The notes beneath the pieces were generated by a model. The model saw only the letters and a program-made list of their open reading frames with translations, ran no database searches and was not told where the DNA came from. Position numbers and translations under genes: made by a program. A stretch of 64,000 nt of DNA from Octopus sinensis (taxonomy: Eukaryota): assembly GCF_006345805.1 (NCBI RefSeq), contig NC_042999.1, forward strand, positions 140,802,001-140,866,000. The letters are read 5' to 3'. Positions 13,962 to 28,239 of this stretch are shown here, in pieces (position 1 is the stretch's first letter; each line of letters starts with the position of its first letter).

Positions 13962-15877
13962 CATATATATATATATGAGCTTCTTTCAGTTTCTGTCTAC
14001 TAAATCAGCTTACAAAATTTTGGTCTGCTCAAGGGTATAGGAGAAGTCACTTACTCAAGGTGCCACATAGTAGGACAGAACCAGAAATCACATGGTTGGG
14101 AAACAAATTTCTTAACTACACAGCCATGTCTGCACCTATATTTAATGTATATGGATGTTGTCTTCTGAATCAGTTCTTTGGAATTACCACATGTCTAGGT
14201 AGACTGTAAAAGTACATTTCTTGTACATTCCATTCTTAGGTTGATTTCTATGGGTGGATGCCCTTCTTAACACCAACTACTTTAAAGAGCATACTGGGTA
14301 CATTTTATAATGTCACCAGCACGAATGTTGTATCCTTGGTGCAACAAAAGTTACATTTGGCTCTACTCAGTTTCTACACATTCATTAACCATTTTTCAAG
14401 TGTGCTGGGTGCATTTTATTATGGCTCTAAAATTGCTTTGCATCCTGCCAGAGTAAAGAGTTCTCATTATTCTACATTATCTTTATTCATTCAACACAAC
14501 TTAATAAAAGGGGGTTTTGCAGCAAGATGAACTGGGGTGTGAGAGTGAAAGAAGAGAGAGTATGATGGAAAATAAAGTGACTAGAGTGAGAAGGTGTTAG
14601 GAGTAGGAGTAAAGGAAGAGAAACAGTTGAAGAGAGTAATTAAAGAGACACTGTAATGGTAGGAAATAACAGGAAAGAATCAGTAACAGAAGCTACATGT
14701 TTGCTGGTACGAGAGAGTGATAGATATCAATAATGATAATGTTGTGAGAGGTAAGAGAAGAGAGAGAGTATGATGGGAGACAGAGAGATTGGGTGAAAAG
14801 GTGGTAGGAAAGGGAGTATGTTGAAAGTCATCCAACCCATGCCAAAACCAAAGCGCAGATATAAAAATGATCATCATGATATATCGACATACATATGTAC
14901 ATATATACAGAAGCACATACATGTGCATATATAAATGTACACACACACACACAAACAAACAAACACACACACACACCACCACCAACATCATTTTATCTCT
15001 TCTTGTCATGCTACAATGGGTTGAGCAGTCATTCTGTTCTGAATTAGTTCTTATTCAGAATTACAGCTTTTCTAGATGAGCCAGAGGACCACATCTTCCT
15101 TGCACATGTAATTTTGGTTTGGTTTCTATAGCTGGATGCCCTACCTAATGCCGAGCACTTTACAGAGAGTACTGGGTGCATTCTATAATGGTACCAACTC
15201 TACAGACATTGTCATGTCCTAACAATACCAAAAAGACTGTTTGACACCCATGAATCCCCTCACTCAGCAATCATTTGACAGTGTGTCCTGAGTAGATTTA
15301 TTGTGGTAACAGCACCAGTGGGGTTAGATAGCACTCCATAAGACTAGAGTCATATAAAAACATACACTACATATACTATATATGTAGGTATGGTGATTTT
15401 ACAAGTTTGCATCAGTGAGTGTATATGTCAGTGTATGTGAAAGAAAGCATGAGTGTGAACATATGGTCTAGGAAACTATCACTAAAACACCTTCACCTTT
15501 TAACTGTTACACTAGCTACTTACACTGAAGCAGCCACAGCATATGCAAGTCACACAGGTATTTGTGCATGTTTGATCAGTTTATTAAATGTTACTGGAAG
15601 GTGGTTAGCTAAATAAAGAAGTTTAAAATTATTAAATGAGAATGGCATTCTCAGAATATAGTTTTTTTTTCCTGAAGCAGAACACTTACTGAAATACCAT
15701 TTTGGGCTGATATGAAATGAAAGAAAAGAAATATGTGTGTGTGTGTATGTGCATGTGTGTATATAAATATATATATATACATATATGTGTGTGTGTGTGT
15801 TTGTATATATATATGTATATATGTGTATTTGCGTGTGTGTATATATATATGTGTGTGTGTGTGTGTATATATATATA

Positions 15878-16110
15878 GGGTGGTGAGCTGGCAGAATCAT
15901 TAGCATGCTGGGCGAAATGATTAGTGATATTTTGTCTGCTGTTACTTTCTGAGTTGAAATTCCACCGAGGTCAACTTTACCTTTCATCCTTTCGGAGTCA
16001 ATTAAATAAGTACCAGTTATGCACTAGGGTCGATGTAATCGACTTTATCCCCTTGTCTGTCCTTGTTTGTCCCCTCTATGTTTAGCCCCTCTGTGGGCAA
16101 TAAAGAAATA
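15878..16110 (+). mobile_element. Near-intact tRNA-derived SINE (family 2)
   Basis: ggtggtgagctggcagaatc head, gagttgaaattcc B-box-like motif and central gtcaactttacctttcatcctttcggagtcaattaaataagtaccag. Further copies near 16705-16950(-) and 47565-47740(-), plus fragments. Confidence 0.88.
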
Positions 16111-18689
16111 TATATATGTATATATATATATACACACACACGCATATATATCTTGAAAATTATAGGTAAGTGAACACTGAAAATTACTAAATATTTAAGT
16201 TCCAAGATATATAAGTTTAGTGCTTATATAATTATTTTCCTGCGAGCAAAGTAATTTAATATGACTTTTACATCTTTTCCATAGTCTGCTTAAAAATATT
16301 ATACACAACTAAAATCTGCCATTAAGAAGTACACTTTAATATGTTTAAAGATATGTAATAAACAAGCAATTAGTTTTAATTTAATGCAATAACAAATTTA
16401 AATATGTTACAGCTTTACAAACCAAAGTAATCCGATGCAGAACTGAAGCTAGATACATGAAATATAAATATCTTGTGGTGAATTCAACAGCTGTTATGAT
16501 AAAAATGATTTCATTTTCCTGGATATAAATGTTCTTTTAAGTGTTTGTGGGGAAAAGGGTATAGAATCAATGGAATTAATACACAAAATTTCTTTTATCA
16601 ATGACAAGAAAAAAAAATGCAACATCAACTGTGGCAGATTCCAAACTCAAAATGATTATCTATGGAAAAAGATTCTGTAATACATGGTTGCCTTTCTAAA
16701 TCACCTATAAAACAATTATTTTATAGGTATGACCTAAAACACCCAGCCCTAAAATTTGCACAAAGCAACTTTGAGAGGAGAGGTTTAGTCAATACCATAA
16801 ACTCCAGTACTAGACTAGTACTTTATTTTATTGATCCCCAGAAGGATCAGAGCCCTGGCACAACTTGAACTTAGAATATAAAGACTTTGAGGAAATACCA
16901 CAAGGCATTTTCCAATGCTCTAATGATTCTGCCAGTGTGCTGCCTTCATCACCTATCAAATAATAATAATTTCTCATTATAGCAATTTCAAATTTAGTTC
17001 AAGATCAAACTTTGAAAAGAATTAACCCAGTACTTTCCTAGCAATCATGTTATATCAGGTATGACAAAACAAAGTTAATTTTGAAAACAGGTGAGATTAT
17101 AGAGTAAAAGGTATTTTGTCTGGCACTTTTTGGATGAGTTTTATGAAGAATTTACAAGGAACTGAACTCATTTTTGGATATTACTTATTTTATCAACCTA
17201 GAAAGGATGAACAATGAAGTTGAATTCAGGTGCACTTTGGAAATATGACACACCAAACTAGGCTTTTTAAATAGTACAGCTTTTACACCAAATCTATTAT
17301 TCATCTGACTCACTTTTTATATAAGAGGTTAATATCCCTAATGAGCTATTTTGTTATTTTTTGCTGATTAAATTCCACCAAAACCCAACACCAATGTATC
17401 CCCCAAATCTCACAAAAATAATCATACATTTTTGACAGAGAGTCATTTTTTTCTTACATATGCTGACTGTATACACATATGCTGTGGGTGATGGCCATCA
17501 ATAAAACATTGCACTTCCAACTTGAACATCTGTGAAAGACAATATACAACTACAACATGGTGTCACAAGTGTTCAGCTAAATCAGATTATTGACTTTACA
17601 TATATTGTACAATTGCAGTTAAATAGACTTTAACTGAAATAATTGACTGAGATACTTTGCTGGTTAATGAAGACCATTAAATGGCTGAATACCAATTCCT
17701 AGTTCCTAACCCTATTTTTGGTGTTAATGTATCTATAAAATGTATTTTAAAGTTTCTGGTGGTTACTGAGGATGAATCAACCAATAAAGTCAAAATTGCT
17801 CCACTACTATGCTCCATTGGTGAGCAGAGTAAAAATATTTATTATAGTTTTACAAGAAGAAGGCCATAATGACAATTTCTAGAAGCTTAAATTAATGGTT
17901 GAGAAACAGATTTCTTACTATCAACAAAATAGTAGAAATATCAAGGACTATTTGATGAAAATGTAAAAAGTAAGAATAAAGTTGACTTAAAAAGAAAAAG
18001 AGAAAAATCAGTTTTATGCACTATCATGATAATGTTTCTCGATGATGATACACTGTTATATCATGGTGTCAGAAGATTCAGCTGTGATGCTAGTTACAAA
18101 TTTAAAGTTCAGTTTTATCTTTTAAATAGAAAACAGTTCTATAAATGTGGTAATCAAGCCATTTTACAAAAGTAAGCAAGTTTAAAACAGTTGTTGCTGA
18201 TGATCTAGTAGTAGACCTGATGAAAAATAATAATAATAATAATCATTATCATCATAGTCTTTTAATGTCTGCTCTCCATGCTAGCCCAACCAAGGACTGG
18301 TAAGCCAGAAGACTGTACCAGGCTTTAATTTGATCTGGCAAGGTTTCTACAGTTGGATACCCTTCCTAACGCCAACAACTCCAAGAGGATAGTGGGTGCT
18401 TTTTATGTGCCACCAGCACAAGAGCACTCAGAGAGTGCAAACCTCTGCCAAGGCAACACCAACGTCCTCTCAACAATTAGCCAGAGATGATTTTTGAAAT
18501 GAGAATATCTGAAATAAACTCAACTGCTCTCACAAATGAGAATATAGATTACTGTATAGAATTATATTATATATTGTACATACATATTAGCACTTTACAA
18601 TATACTTACATATACACATACGGTAGACAATCAGAGAAAGACTTCAAAGTCAACGTAAGATCATAATACTTCATGTAAAGTAAATATAA

Positions 18690-18871
18690 CAAATAACACA
18701 GAATCCTTGTCCAGTACTGGATCGATCCCAAAATTTAATCAGTTTGTGCCAGTCACGAAGTCAAACATCCCTGAAAGTTTCACCTGAATCCATCCAGCGG
18801 TTCTTGAGATATCTTCTCCACAGACAAATACAACTGAAAGCAATACATCTGCCTTCGCTAAGGTGGAGGTA
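18690..18871 (+). mobile_element. Non-autonomous Helentron-associated (HINE/pearl-like) element, 3' part
   Basis: tttcacctgaatccatccagcggttcttgagatatc...acagaca, ending in the palindrome tacatctgcc-ttcgctaa-ggtggaggta (18844-18871). Confidence 0.6.
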
Positions 18872-18892
18872 GCAATAATAATAATAATAATA

Positions 18893-19225
18893 AATAACAG
18901 AATAGACAACACAGCAGAAAGTGATAAGTGTGGAATCTGTGGACAAAATGCTGAAACCGTATGGCATATTACCAGCTAATGTACACCACTAATCCAGAAG
19001 GAATATAAGAGATGCCATGACAATATAGCCAGGCTTGTCCATTGGACACTTTGCTACAAGTATGGACTTGACAGAGCAAAAAATTGGTATGATCACAAAC
19101 CTGAAGGCATCGTCGAAAATAGAAATGCAAAGATCCTATGGGATTTTATGATTCAGTGCGACCATGAGATAGAGAATAGGAAGCCAGACAGACTTAATTG
19201 AGAAAGAAAACAAACTATGCTAGAT
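18893..19225 (+). mobile_element. R4/Dong-clade non-LTR retrotransposon fragment (CCHC plus restriction-like endonuclease)
   Basis: DKCGICGQNAETVWHITS*CTPLIQKEYKRCHDNIARLVHW...WYDHKPEGIVENRNAKILWDFMIQCDHEIENRKPD. Confidence 0.85.
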
Positions 19226-20186
19226 CAATTACTACCAATAATCATGGTTGGGTAAGAGTGACTGAAAGGATAAGTAAAAGAAGTCATAACATTAATGATA
19301 GTCAGCAAATCATCATCATTCATTAACATCTGGTTTCTGTGCTGACATGGGTTGGATGGTTTGACAGGGTCTGATGAGTCAGAGAACACTGTCTACTTTG
19401 GCTGTCTATTTTTCTATAGCTGGATGCTCTTCCTAACACTAACCATTTTACATAGTGTACTTTTTGTGTGACACCAGCACTAGTGGTGATTGCCTTTTAA
19501 TTTGCAGGGCTGAACTCCTAAAATGTCCTCTATAAATGAAAGAAAATAGTAGAGAGAGTGAGTGATGATTCTAAGCAAAGGCACAAAGGATAATAAGAGG
19601 AGAGTCTGTCAGGGAACAGAGAAGGAATTTGTGACAGGGATTATTGAGAAAAAAGGAGGGATGGAACTGAGAGTTGATAGAATAGGTTGTGTAAGGCAGG
19701 GGAGGTTCTAGGTTTATCCAACATGGTAAAGAGTATGAACAGAAGATGAGAGAGAGGAATCTTGAGTCATTGAATTAAATGTGCAGGGTGGAAGATTGTG
19801 TAGTTAAGTCAGAGAGGGAAAAAGGAGAAGGGTGTTGAGGAGGCAGAAAAAGCTGTGAAGAAGGCAATGAGAAGGTCAGGAAGTAGATACTAGAGGGCAC
19901 AAGAGGTAGGAAGAAGAGGAAGAGCAGAGTGTGAATGCCTGAAAGTAACACAGATAGAGAGGCAGTGACAAGGATGAAGAAAGAGAAGGATGGAGTAAAA
20001 CAGTGAGTGGGTGCAATAATGGAAAGATAGGATAGACAGTATCCTAGAGGTGTAAGAGTGGGTAGTGAGATAAAGTAAGAGGAGGTGTTGTGAGGCACAA
20101 AAAGTGCTGTCAGAGGTTAAAAGACATTGTTATACTTGAAATCCAGAGATATTATGAAGGTACATAAAATCTGGTTAGCCAAAGAA

Positions 20187-20244
<58 letters not shown>

Positions 20245-23200
20245 TTATATATGTATATACCTAAGTATGTACTTATATATGCACATCATACAGTTACACA
20301 TTAAGCTACAATTTTTTGAAACCAAATAGAGATACACGTAGGGTGGCCTTAATTTACATAACTGTATAATATATCTCAATTTTATACCTAATTCATTGTA
20401 ACTTTAAAATAATTTTAAATATGAAAAAGCTACACTGTGGGAATAATAAGAATGAAAATATGTTTTTCTTTGGTATTGATATATGGATAAAAGAAAGAGA
20501 ATGAGGGTTCTTCTGGCAAACTGTTTCATGATCTGTTGATGCACCTGGCTTCCTTCCCCAGTCAATGGCCTAGGTAAGTTGCAATATAAAGCAGTCATGA
20601 ATTAGGCTAGCACTTAAATGGATAGCCTGCTTTGCCTATACACGCACATGCATACTCATACTAAGTAAGCATTTGGCATAAATAAATCATGTATGTTGCT
20701 TATATCCGAACATCAGAATAGAACAATTTAATGTGCTGCCAGGATAATGTTAATGAACAATGATACACAGCTATAACACCTACTAATATTTTATCATGGA
20801 CATTGACGCAGAGTATGTCAAATGTTTAATAAGATCAACTTAAGCATTATATATACATTATATGCCATACTTTTAAAGGACAATATACTATGTTTATACA
20901 TAGCATCCATCTAATATCTATAGATCAAGGATGATGTAGGTGCACAATAATGTGCTGTTCAATAAGCAGATAATCTGATGCTGCCAATTTTGTTTTTAGG
21001 TATGGTTAGCCATTGGCTTTTCTTTGAAATGCTCTTCTACTCATTGCCAGGTCTTATTTTCAATCTGCTGGGTGCCTACACACCACCCTTTAGATTACCA
21101 ACTATAAACATATTAACAGGAAAATTGACAGAAATAGTACACTCATGTATAAGTAACACTGATTATATATTGGTGATATTAATTAGATCCTTTATAAACA
21201 ACAAACTATTCCTTTAATACTATTTATTTAGGCTATTTAGTACACCTCCATTCAAAGTAAAAGCATGCAATCCTGAATAATCAATTATTGATGAATATTG
21301 CATGATAACTTCTATTAATTTGTCAAAATCTGATTATTTAATATTTATTAATATTGAAATTAGAATCACTAATTGATCAACGTTTGCTTGGTTGAGATTG
21401 TTGATATTTCTAACTTGCACAGTTTACATTTTCTAATAAAAAGAAAGAAGAAAATCTGTTTACTTAACAATGCTTAAATTCTGTTAAAAGAACGTTTAGA
21501 GAGAATTAACAAATGTTATTGCTAGAAATTGGAACGAGTGTATCTAAAAAAGCAGTTCTTTGGTTTGCTGATCTAAGAAAGCTAATCAGGATTTCTTACA
21601 TTGATATATAAGGAAAGATATTTTTGATTGACTCAACACTAGTACATATTTTATCCAACAGAAGAGAGAGAGAGTTTATAAAAATCAACTTTGCATTATT
21701 TCAATATAGTGACAAAACAAAACAGTTTAAAGCATTTAGTCTGGCACTTGTAAGAGTATGAATAAGGATTTTAAACTTAGGCAATGCAGAAGTGTACAAC
21801 TTGATTTGTGTTTTACATAATTACAATTAATTCCAGTACTTTACTATTAATTTTATCAACCTCAAAAATGACCAAAGGCAAAATCAGCCATTGTAGGATT
21901 TGAATTCAGAATGCAGGTGGGATTTTACTAAAAACCGCTAATAATTTTACCTATTGCCTACTGAATCTTCTATTGAGTGAGTTTTTGCCAACCAGTCTTC
22001 AAAACTTTTGTGTGTAGTAGCAGCACCTTTGAATCCACTGTGTCTTACTTGAGATTTGCAAAAGGTAAGCACTGGTTAATAATAAATCAGAGTAGTTTAA
22101 TACTGTTAATTCTCTTGTAGTCTTATGAGTAAAGAGGCAGAAAAGTCTATGGTATTTGGCTAAAATATATAACTTCCAATTCATCTACCTGTAATAGAAA
22201 CCACTGACTGATATATTTCAGAGTATAAATAATAATAGTTTTGTGGAATTGAAGATGCTGAGTTCAATCAAGAAAAGCTGTATATCTTCATAATACTACA
22301 AAAACCTGAATTGAGTACTTGTCTATATGTATCCTTGTAATTCAAAAAGGGTCAGATTAAATAAGAATGATACCAATGAAACTGTCTCTAGGATTTGTTT
22401 ATATTTCCATCATGAATCCTTGCTGCATGTTCAACTTGTATTTCTTATTTAGTTTTAATTATATTTTAACATTCTAAATATATTTTAAACAATCAATTAT
22501 ATAGACTTTAAGTTCAAAGCTGATATAATTTGATCACAAGTTTATTTGATACTAAAAGATTATATTTATAACCACCGTTATAATTCAGTATTAATAATCA
22601 ATAACAATGATTTTCTTAATGCTTAGGCTACTTGGCTGATATTTATTTTACTAAATCTACACAAAATGGCAAAGTCTGGCCCAACAAGATTTGAGCTCAG
22701 AAATATAAGGACCGAACTAGACACCAAAGAATGTTCAAGTGTTTGGTTCTGTTCTTTATGCAAAATCATCTACCTTATAATAATTCATGTTATTTACCCA
22801 TCACCAAATAATGTAATCCAATATCTATTTACTAGACTGATAACAATACAGGAAGTTTAAATCTTTTATTTGATTAAATGGTATAATGTGTTTAGAAGGA
22901 TATATAGCTTTAGTCAAAATATCTTTTTATTTCTTTTCCATACATTCAATGTTTTTTAAGATTTTGAGAATAAATGAGTAATATTTTCAACTAAATTGCT
23001 ATCTATAATGAACTAGCATTTATGTAAGTATATTCAGGATATTACAAAATGCTTCATAATTATGAATATTTAGCCATACATTGGGAGATATTGTGTAGCT
23101 TGTATGAAAGAAATCAAAACTAGCATGTGAAGTTTATTTCATACCTTGCTGCTTAATTATTTTCATACCTATTTACTCATCAAGCAATGCAAGAATATAA

Positions 23201-25479
23201 CTGCATGATGCTGAGTCAATATCTAGAATGACTTACCATTTTTATGGGTAATCAACTGCTTACAACATTTTTTTTTCACATTTTCCACCTACATTTTTGT
23301 ACTTTTCTCATCTTGAAAAGCTAATTTTAAAAAGAAACTTATTAGCTATTTCTTGTATAACTGCTGCATTTTCTCTAAGTCAGTGTTGTCATCATCATTA
23401 TTGTCATCATTTAACATCCTTTTTTCCATGCTTGCACGAGTTCTCCTATCTGAGAAAAGTATAATCTGAAAGGGCCAGACAATATTTCCCAGGGAGATGT
23501 ATAAATGCACCAATATAGAAAACATTTTTTGAAATTCAAGGACATTCAAATATATATTGTAGATATTCAATTTACTGTCACTTTATACAAAAGCATTAAG
23601 AAATTTCAGTATGATTTTGTGACATACAGTACCATTACAGGGGATAAATATAACAATCATAGCAAGTGACAATTAGGTGCAAAATATTTTACTATGTCGA
23701 ACATAACTCGACATCATACTTAACCATATTCAGCTTTCTTTGTTAGTTCGGCTCCTATATTTACATCAAGTTAAACCTACATTACCCTTATTTCTCCAAG
23801 GCCCATATACCACTTGCACCCTTTTCCCTACATAAATGAACTAAGACTCGTTTCCATTTCTATAGTAATCTGTTTATTTGCCAATAAAACATCCTACAAG
23901 TCTTCCTTAGCAGCAAGAATGGAAGTTATTTATGCACTTCCATCATAAGTAAATACCTTATCTACATTCTAAAGTAACACTGATAATGCAGTAATGTTTA
24001 ACAAGAATAAAAGCTGTATTTATCTCTAATAAGAAATACCAAAAACCTGCATGAATAACAATCAACTGAAAGAATCTTTCATTAGACATACATTAAAAAA
24101 TGTCTTTACTGACCTTCTGGAAACCAAATACTCTTAACATAGCTACATATATTTTGAAGCAATTTACTTTTATCTTCAAAGTCAGTTGAATGTAGAATTT
24201 GGTTTGTTCATTCATAAGGATTGGTGAACTCTCTAAAACAATAAAAGTTTTGTTTGTTTCTTTTGTATATCTCTAAATCTCAGACTAATGTGGCACCTGT
24301 CAATTTAGTCATATTTTCTCTTTTCTTTCTCCTCCCATTTTTTAATAAACAAGAGCCCTAATATCATTCAGAAATATTTTTGTCTAAGTTTATCTTATCC
24401 TGTAGTAAACTTACAGAAATCAGGGAGAATATTTAGCACACCAAACTAAACTTCCCTGTTCTTTGTCTCTCATACACCCAGAATATGCTTATAACCGAAC
24501 TTATTTTCTGGAATTAAATTCCTTGCCAAGAGTTCATCACATTAACAGCAGATAATGAAACAAAGCCAAGCAATTATTCTGAGGATATCTAATAAATAAC
24601 TAATAACTATAATAATTTTTTTTTTATTAAAAGCTTTAAATTTTAATAAATTTCTAATTAATAGTGAATATTAATACTTTTAGCATTTTGTTTACCAGCT
24701 TGTGCTTACCGAGTTCATTTTGTTCCCATTCAAAAATGCAACATGAAACAAGGAGAAAAGTAATCCTTAATAGAAATTAGAAGTGTAATATTCAGGCATG
24801 TATGAATGGAATTTACCTACTTATCAATTTCATAAGTTAATGCTAACTTTCCATTCATCCTGGATAGAACCCTTGTAATAACAGCAAAACTAAATCCTTG
24901 ATATTAACATGTACATATAGTTTCTAAAACCCATTTAAATCATTGTTTAGTAAGGTAGTGATCATAAATATCCACAATACAATTAGTTGTCTGAAACAAT
25001 GCTCCTACAAGATAGTTAAACATTCTGCGCAAGATTGATCAATTAAGAACCTGCTGTTTCTAAGTCAGAACCAGGGTACTTAATGCGAAATAATTGGAAA
25101 GCACTTCTATTATTGACAACAATCACAAGCTTAAATTTAGATAGTTGTGAATATGGTATCTTAACAAAAGGTTAGGCTGATTTTTAAAGGTCAATAAAAC
25201 TAAGGAAACAGGGATTTTAATAATGCAAATTGCAATGCTTACACCTAAGAAACAAATGTTAAAAAGAATAAGAAAAATGTAGTTAAAATACAATGAAATA
25301 AGACAGTAATACTTTTAATCTAAAGTATTCAAAGTATGAAAAGTAAAGTCCATTTGTGTTTGTGAGAGACAGAAAAATGAACATAGCTAAGGATAATGTA
25401 TTGGACTACTGAATAACATTTTTTAGTTCATGTCTTCAGTCATTTCATTCTGTCTGTGGGATGGAAAATAGGTTCCAAG

Positions 25480-26010
25480 CCTTTCTATACAAGTTAAACA
25501 AATGGCAAATATCTTTTATTAGACAGGGGTACTACTTAATGAAGAGAATGATATGGGTAATGAGAGGAAGGTAAATGACCAAATTGGGAGTGCATAGGTA
25601 GAGCTGTTATGGGGAAAATCAGCTCTGAGAAACAGAGGCCAGTGTAGAGGTGGTCCAAAAAGCAAACAGAGGAGACAGCATGTCTGTGGATTAGAGATTG
25701 GAATGTATTGGTGACTTCATGTCAATCAATCACATGGTTTCTCTTTGGATGCATTTTAGGGTGCCTGTATTTTAAACAATAGTACCATCCCAGACACGCT
25801 ATATTCCATTGTTTATCACATTTGAGGGCTAGTGTTTTTTGGTGGAGAGAGGGGTTCTGAAGTATTTTCTAGGACAGAAGAAAAATACCATTCTTTGAAG
25901 TACAGTTTTCCTAGTTTAAGATGTGTGTTCACTACAAAACATCTTCAATGTCTTGGTTGCAAAAGGTTAGGAAGAAATGAAGGATTGTATTACCTATAGA
26001 GTAGCAGGTT
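25480..26010 (-). mobile_element. Old CR1/L2-group LINE RT C-terminal relic
   Basis: Broken minus-strand motifs resembling HLKLGKLYF, RKYF, RVWDG and IQRETM*LI; heavily disrupted. Confidence 0.4.
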
Positions 26011-26202
26011 TATTGAGGCATAGAATGAAGAGTGTGAATGACAAAATTGAGAGAAATAGTGCACTCATAAATAATAGCACTGATTATATATTGGTGACAT
26101 TAATTAGAACCTTTATAAAAAAAAACAAATTATTCCTTTAATACTATTTATTTAGGCTCTTTAGTACACCTCCATTCAAAGTAAAAGTATGCAATCCTGA
26201 AA

Positions 26203-26696
26203 AGTGAGATCACAGCTGTAGCCAACATTCTGTGCATGAGGAGACTTATTGAGTCAAGTAAATCACAACCAAATGGAAATTGTAGTTGTGGCCGTTACCA
26301 GTGGTGGTGGCATGCGATAAGCACCATTCATTCATGCGTGGGTCACTGCCAGAGCTGCCTGACTGGCTCCCTGTGCTGATAGCATGTAAAAAGCACCTTC
26401 TAAGCGTGGTTGATGCCAGCCCCAATGCCCTGACTGGCTCCTATGCTGGTGGCACATAAAAAGCACCATCTGAACGTGACTGATGCCAGTGCCACATGAT
26501 TGGCTCCTGTGCTGGTGGCACGTAAAAAGCAACCACTACACTCTCAGAGTGGTTTGCATTAGAAAGAGCATCCAGCTGTAGAAACATTGCCATATCAGAC
26601 TGGAGCCTAGTGTGGCCTCCTAGCTTGCCAGTCTCCAGTCAAACATTCCAACCCATGCCAGCATGAAAACAGACATTAAACGATGATGATGATGAT
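26203..26696 (+). mobile_element. RTE 3' UTR fragment with tandem units and (GAT)n tail
   Basis: gaggagacttattgagtcaagt, repeated ggcacgtaaaaagcacc-type units, then agcatccagctgtagaaac...gacattaaacgatgatgatgatg. Confidence 0.85.
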
Positions 26697-26772
26697 GACA
26701 TATATATGTATGTATATGTGTATATATATATATATATGTATGTATGTGTGTGTGTGTGTATATATATATATA

Positions 26773-27356
26773 CAGGGTGTCCCAAAAGTCATTGATGAGT
26801 TTCAATTTTTAATGACTTCCTAAACTTTACAAATAAATGCATGAAATTTTGATACAAATAAAGGACATAATGGAAATTAATATGCACAAGTCAAATTTTG
26901 CAACACCACTACATCACATAAGAAAAATGATATCGCTTAAATGGCAGCCATTTTCAGCTTCGCATGCCCATGCTCTTCCCAAAACTTGCACCATAACACC
27001 CTCAAGAGTTTCAGACCCCACTTTTCTGATTTCTCTATTGATGTTCTCCTTCAGTTGCACCAGGGTATCTGGTTTGTTGATGTAAATCCTCTCTTTCAGG
27101 TATACCCACAAGAAAAAATCTGGGCTAGTCAAGTGTGGTGAATGTGAAGGCCAGTGGAAGATTATTCTCTCTAAAGTGCTGCCGTAGCAACTGCATTATT
27201 TCTCTTGCATTATAAGCAGTTGCCCCATCTAACTGGAACCATGTATGAAGTCTACTTTGAATGACCTTCATGACATAGGCGATGTCATTTTTCATATGTG
27301 ATGTAGTGATGTTGCAAAATTTGACTTGTGCATATTTATTTCCATTATGTTCTTTA
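26773..27356 (-). mobile_element. Internally deleted mariner-superfamily element (rosa/DD41D-like) with long inverted repeats
   Basis: TA|CAGGGTGTCCCAAAA terminus. Minus strand gives WFQLDGATAYNAREIMQLLRQHF and HWPSHSPHLTSPDFFLWVYLKERIYINKPDTLVQLKENI. A 77-bp inverted repeat spans 26860-26936 and 27279-27355. Confidence 0.8.
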
Positions 27357-27812
27357 TATTTCCATTATGTTTTTACATATAAAAATTTACTAGGTACTGG
27401 AAATGTGTAACAAACCAAACTAACTAAAATAAGACAGGGTGGTAAAAAGTTTGGGAAATTACCACCGCTGTTAAAAACAAAGGGTTTCTTTCATTGTGCA
27501 AAAAACATTGTACAACTTGCTTAAGAAGTGCTATGTCACACAGTAGTAAGACATAAAGATTGTAAGCTTTGTGTAGGCTGGAGAAAATAAAGTGAGCATG
27601 ATTTGAAGATTGTGTTATATTTCAAGTGTGATTTATGATAAGGAATATGGCAAACTAATAACTAATCCAACCTATGCTGAACCATTGCTAAGTGTTCAGG
27701 ACATAGGTAGGCATATATATATATATCATATGAACTTACTAACTCTACTGGCATAAAAATGCAAACTAAGATATGGACGATGAGTATATTCAACAAAATT
27801 CAGTTTTTGATG

Positions 27813-27813
<1 letters not shown>

Positions 27814-27879
<66 letters not shown>

Positions 27880-28239
27880 AATTATTGTATACAGTGTTCA
27901 GGTGCACCACAACTTGTCAAAAGTGCATATAAAGTATATGCAGTAATGTACAAATGTCTGGAAAGTAAACAGTGTATGAGTCAGATACATGCTTGCGTGT
28001 GTATGGAGGAGAGAAAATCAGGTGTAATGTTGGCGAATCTCAGGAAGCATGAAAGTTTTGAAGGATGCAGTGCTCCGACAACTAACAACTGATGCCGGCA
28101 GTTTGTTCCATACTTCAGCAACTCTTAGCGTGAAAAAATGTTTCCAAAAGTCATGGGAGCTGTGCTGCTTTCTGACTTTGTAAACATGTCCACGGGTGTT
28201 AGACGAGTGGAGTTTGAAAAGGTGCTCAGAGTTATGTTT
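27814..28239 (-). mobile_element. 5'-truncated CR1 LINE 3' end with (ATT)n tail
   Basis: Stop-free minus-strand frame NSEHLFKLHSSNTRGHVYKVRKQHSSHDFWKHFFTLRVAEVWNKLPASVVSCRSTASFKTF...*, then a 3' UTR and about 19 ATT units (27814-27870). Confidence 0.88.

Noticed and set aside
24114-24232. 119-bp AG...GT-bounded cryptic exon on the minus strand with one open frame
   Set aside because: No channel similarity, length not a multiple of 3, and an AG acceptor is not the expected partner of the AT donor; such matches are expected by chance in 60 kb.
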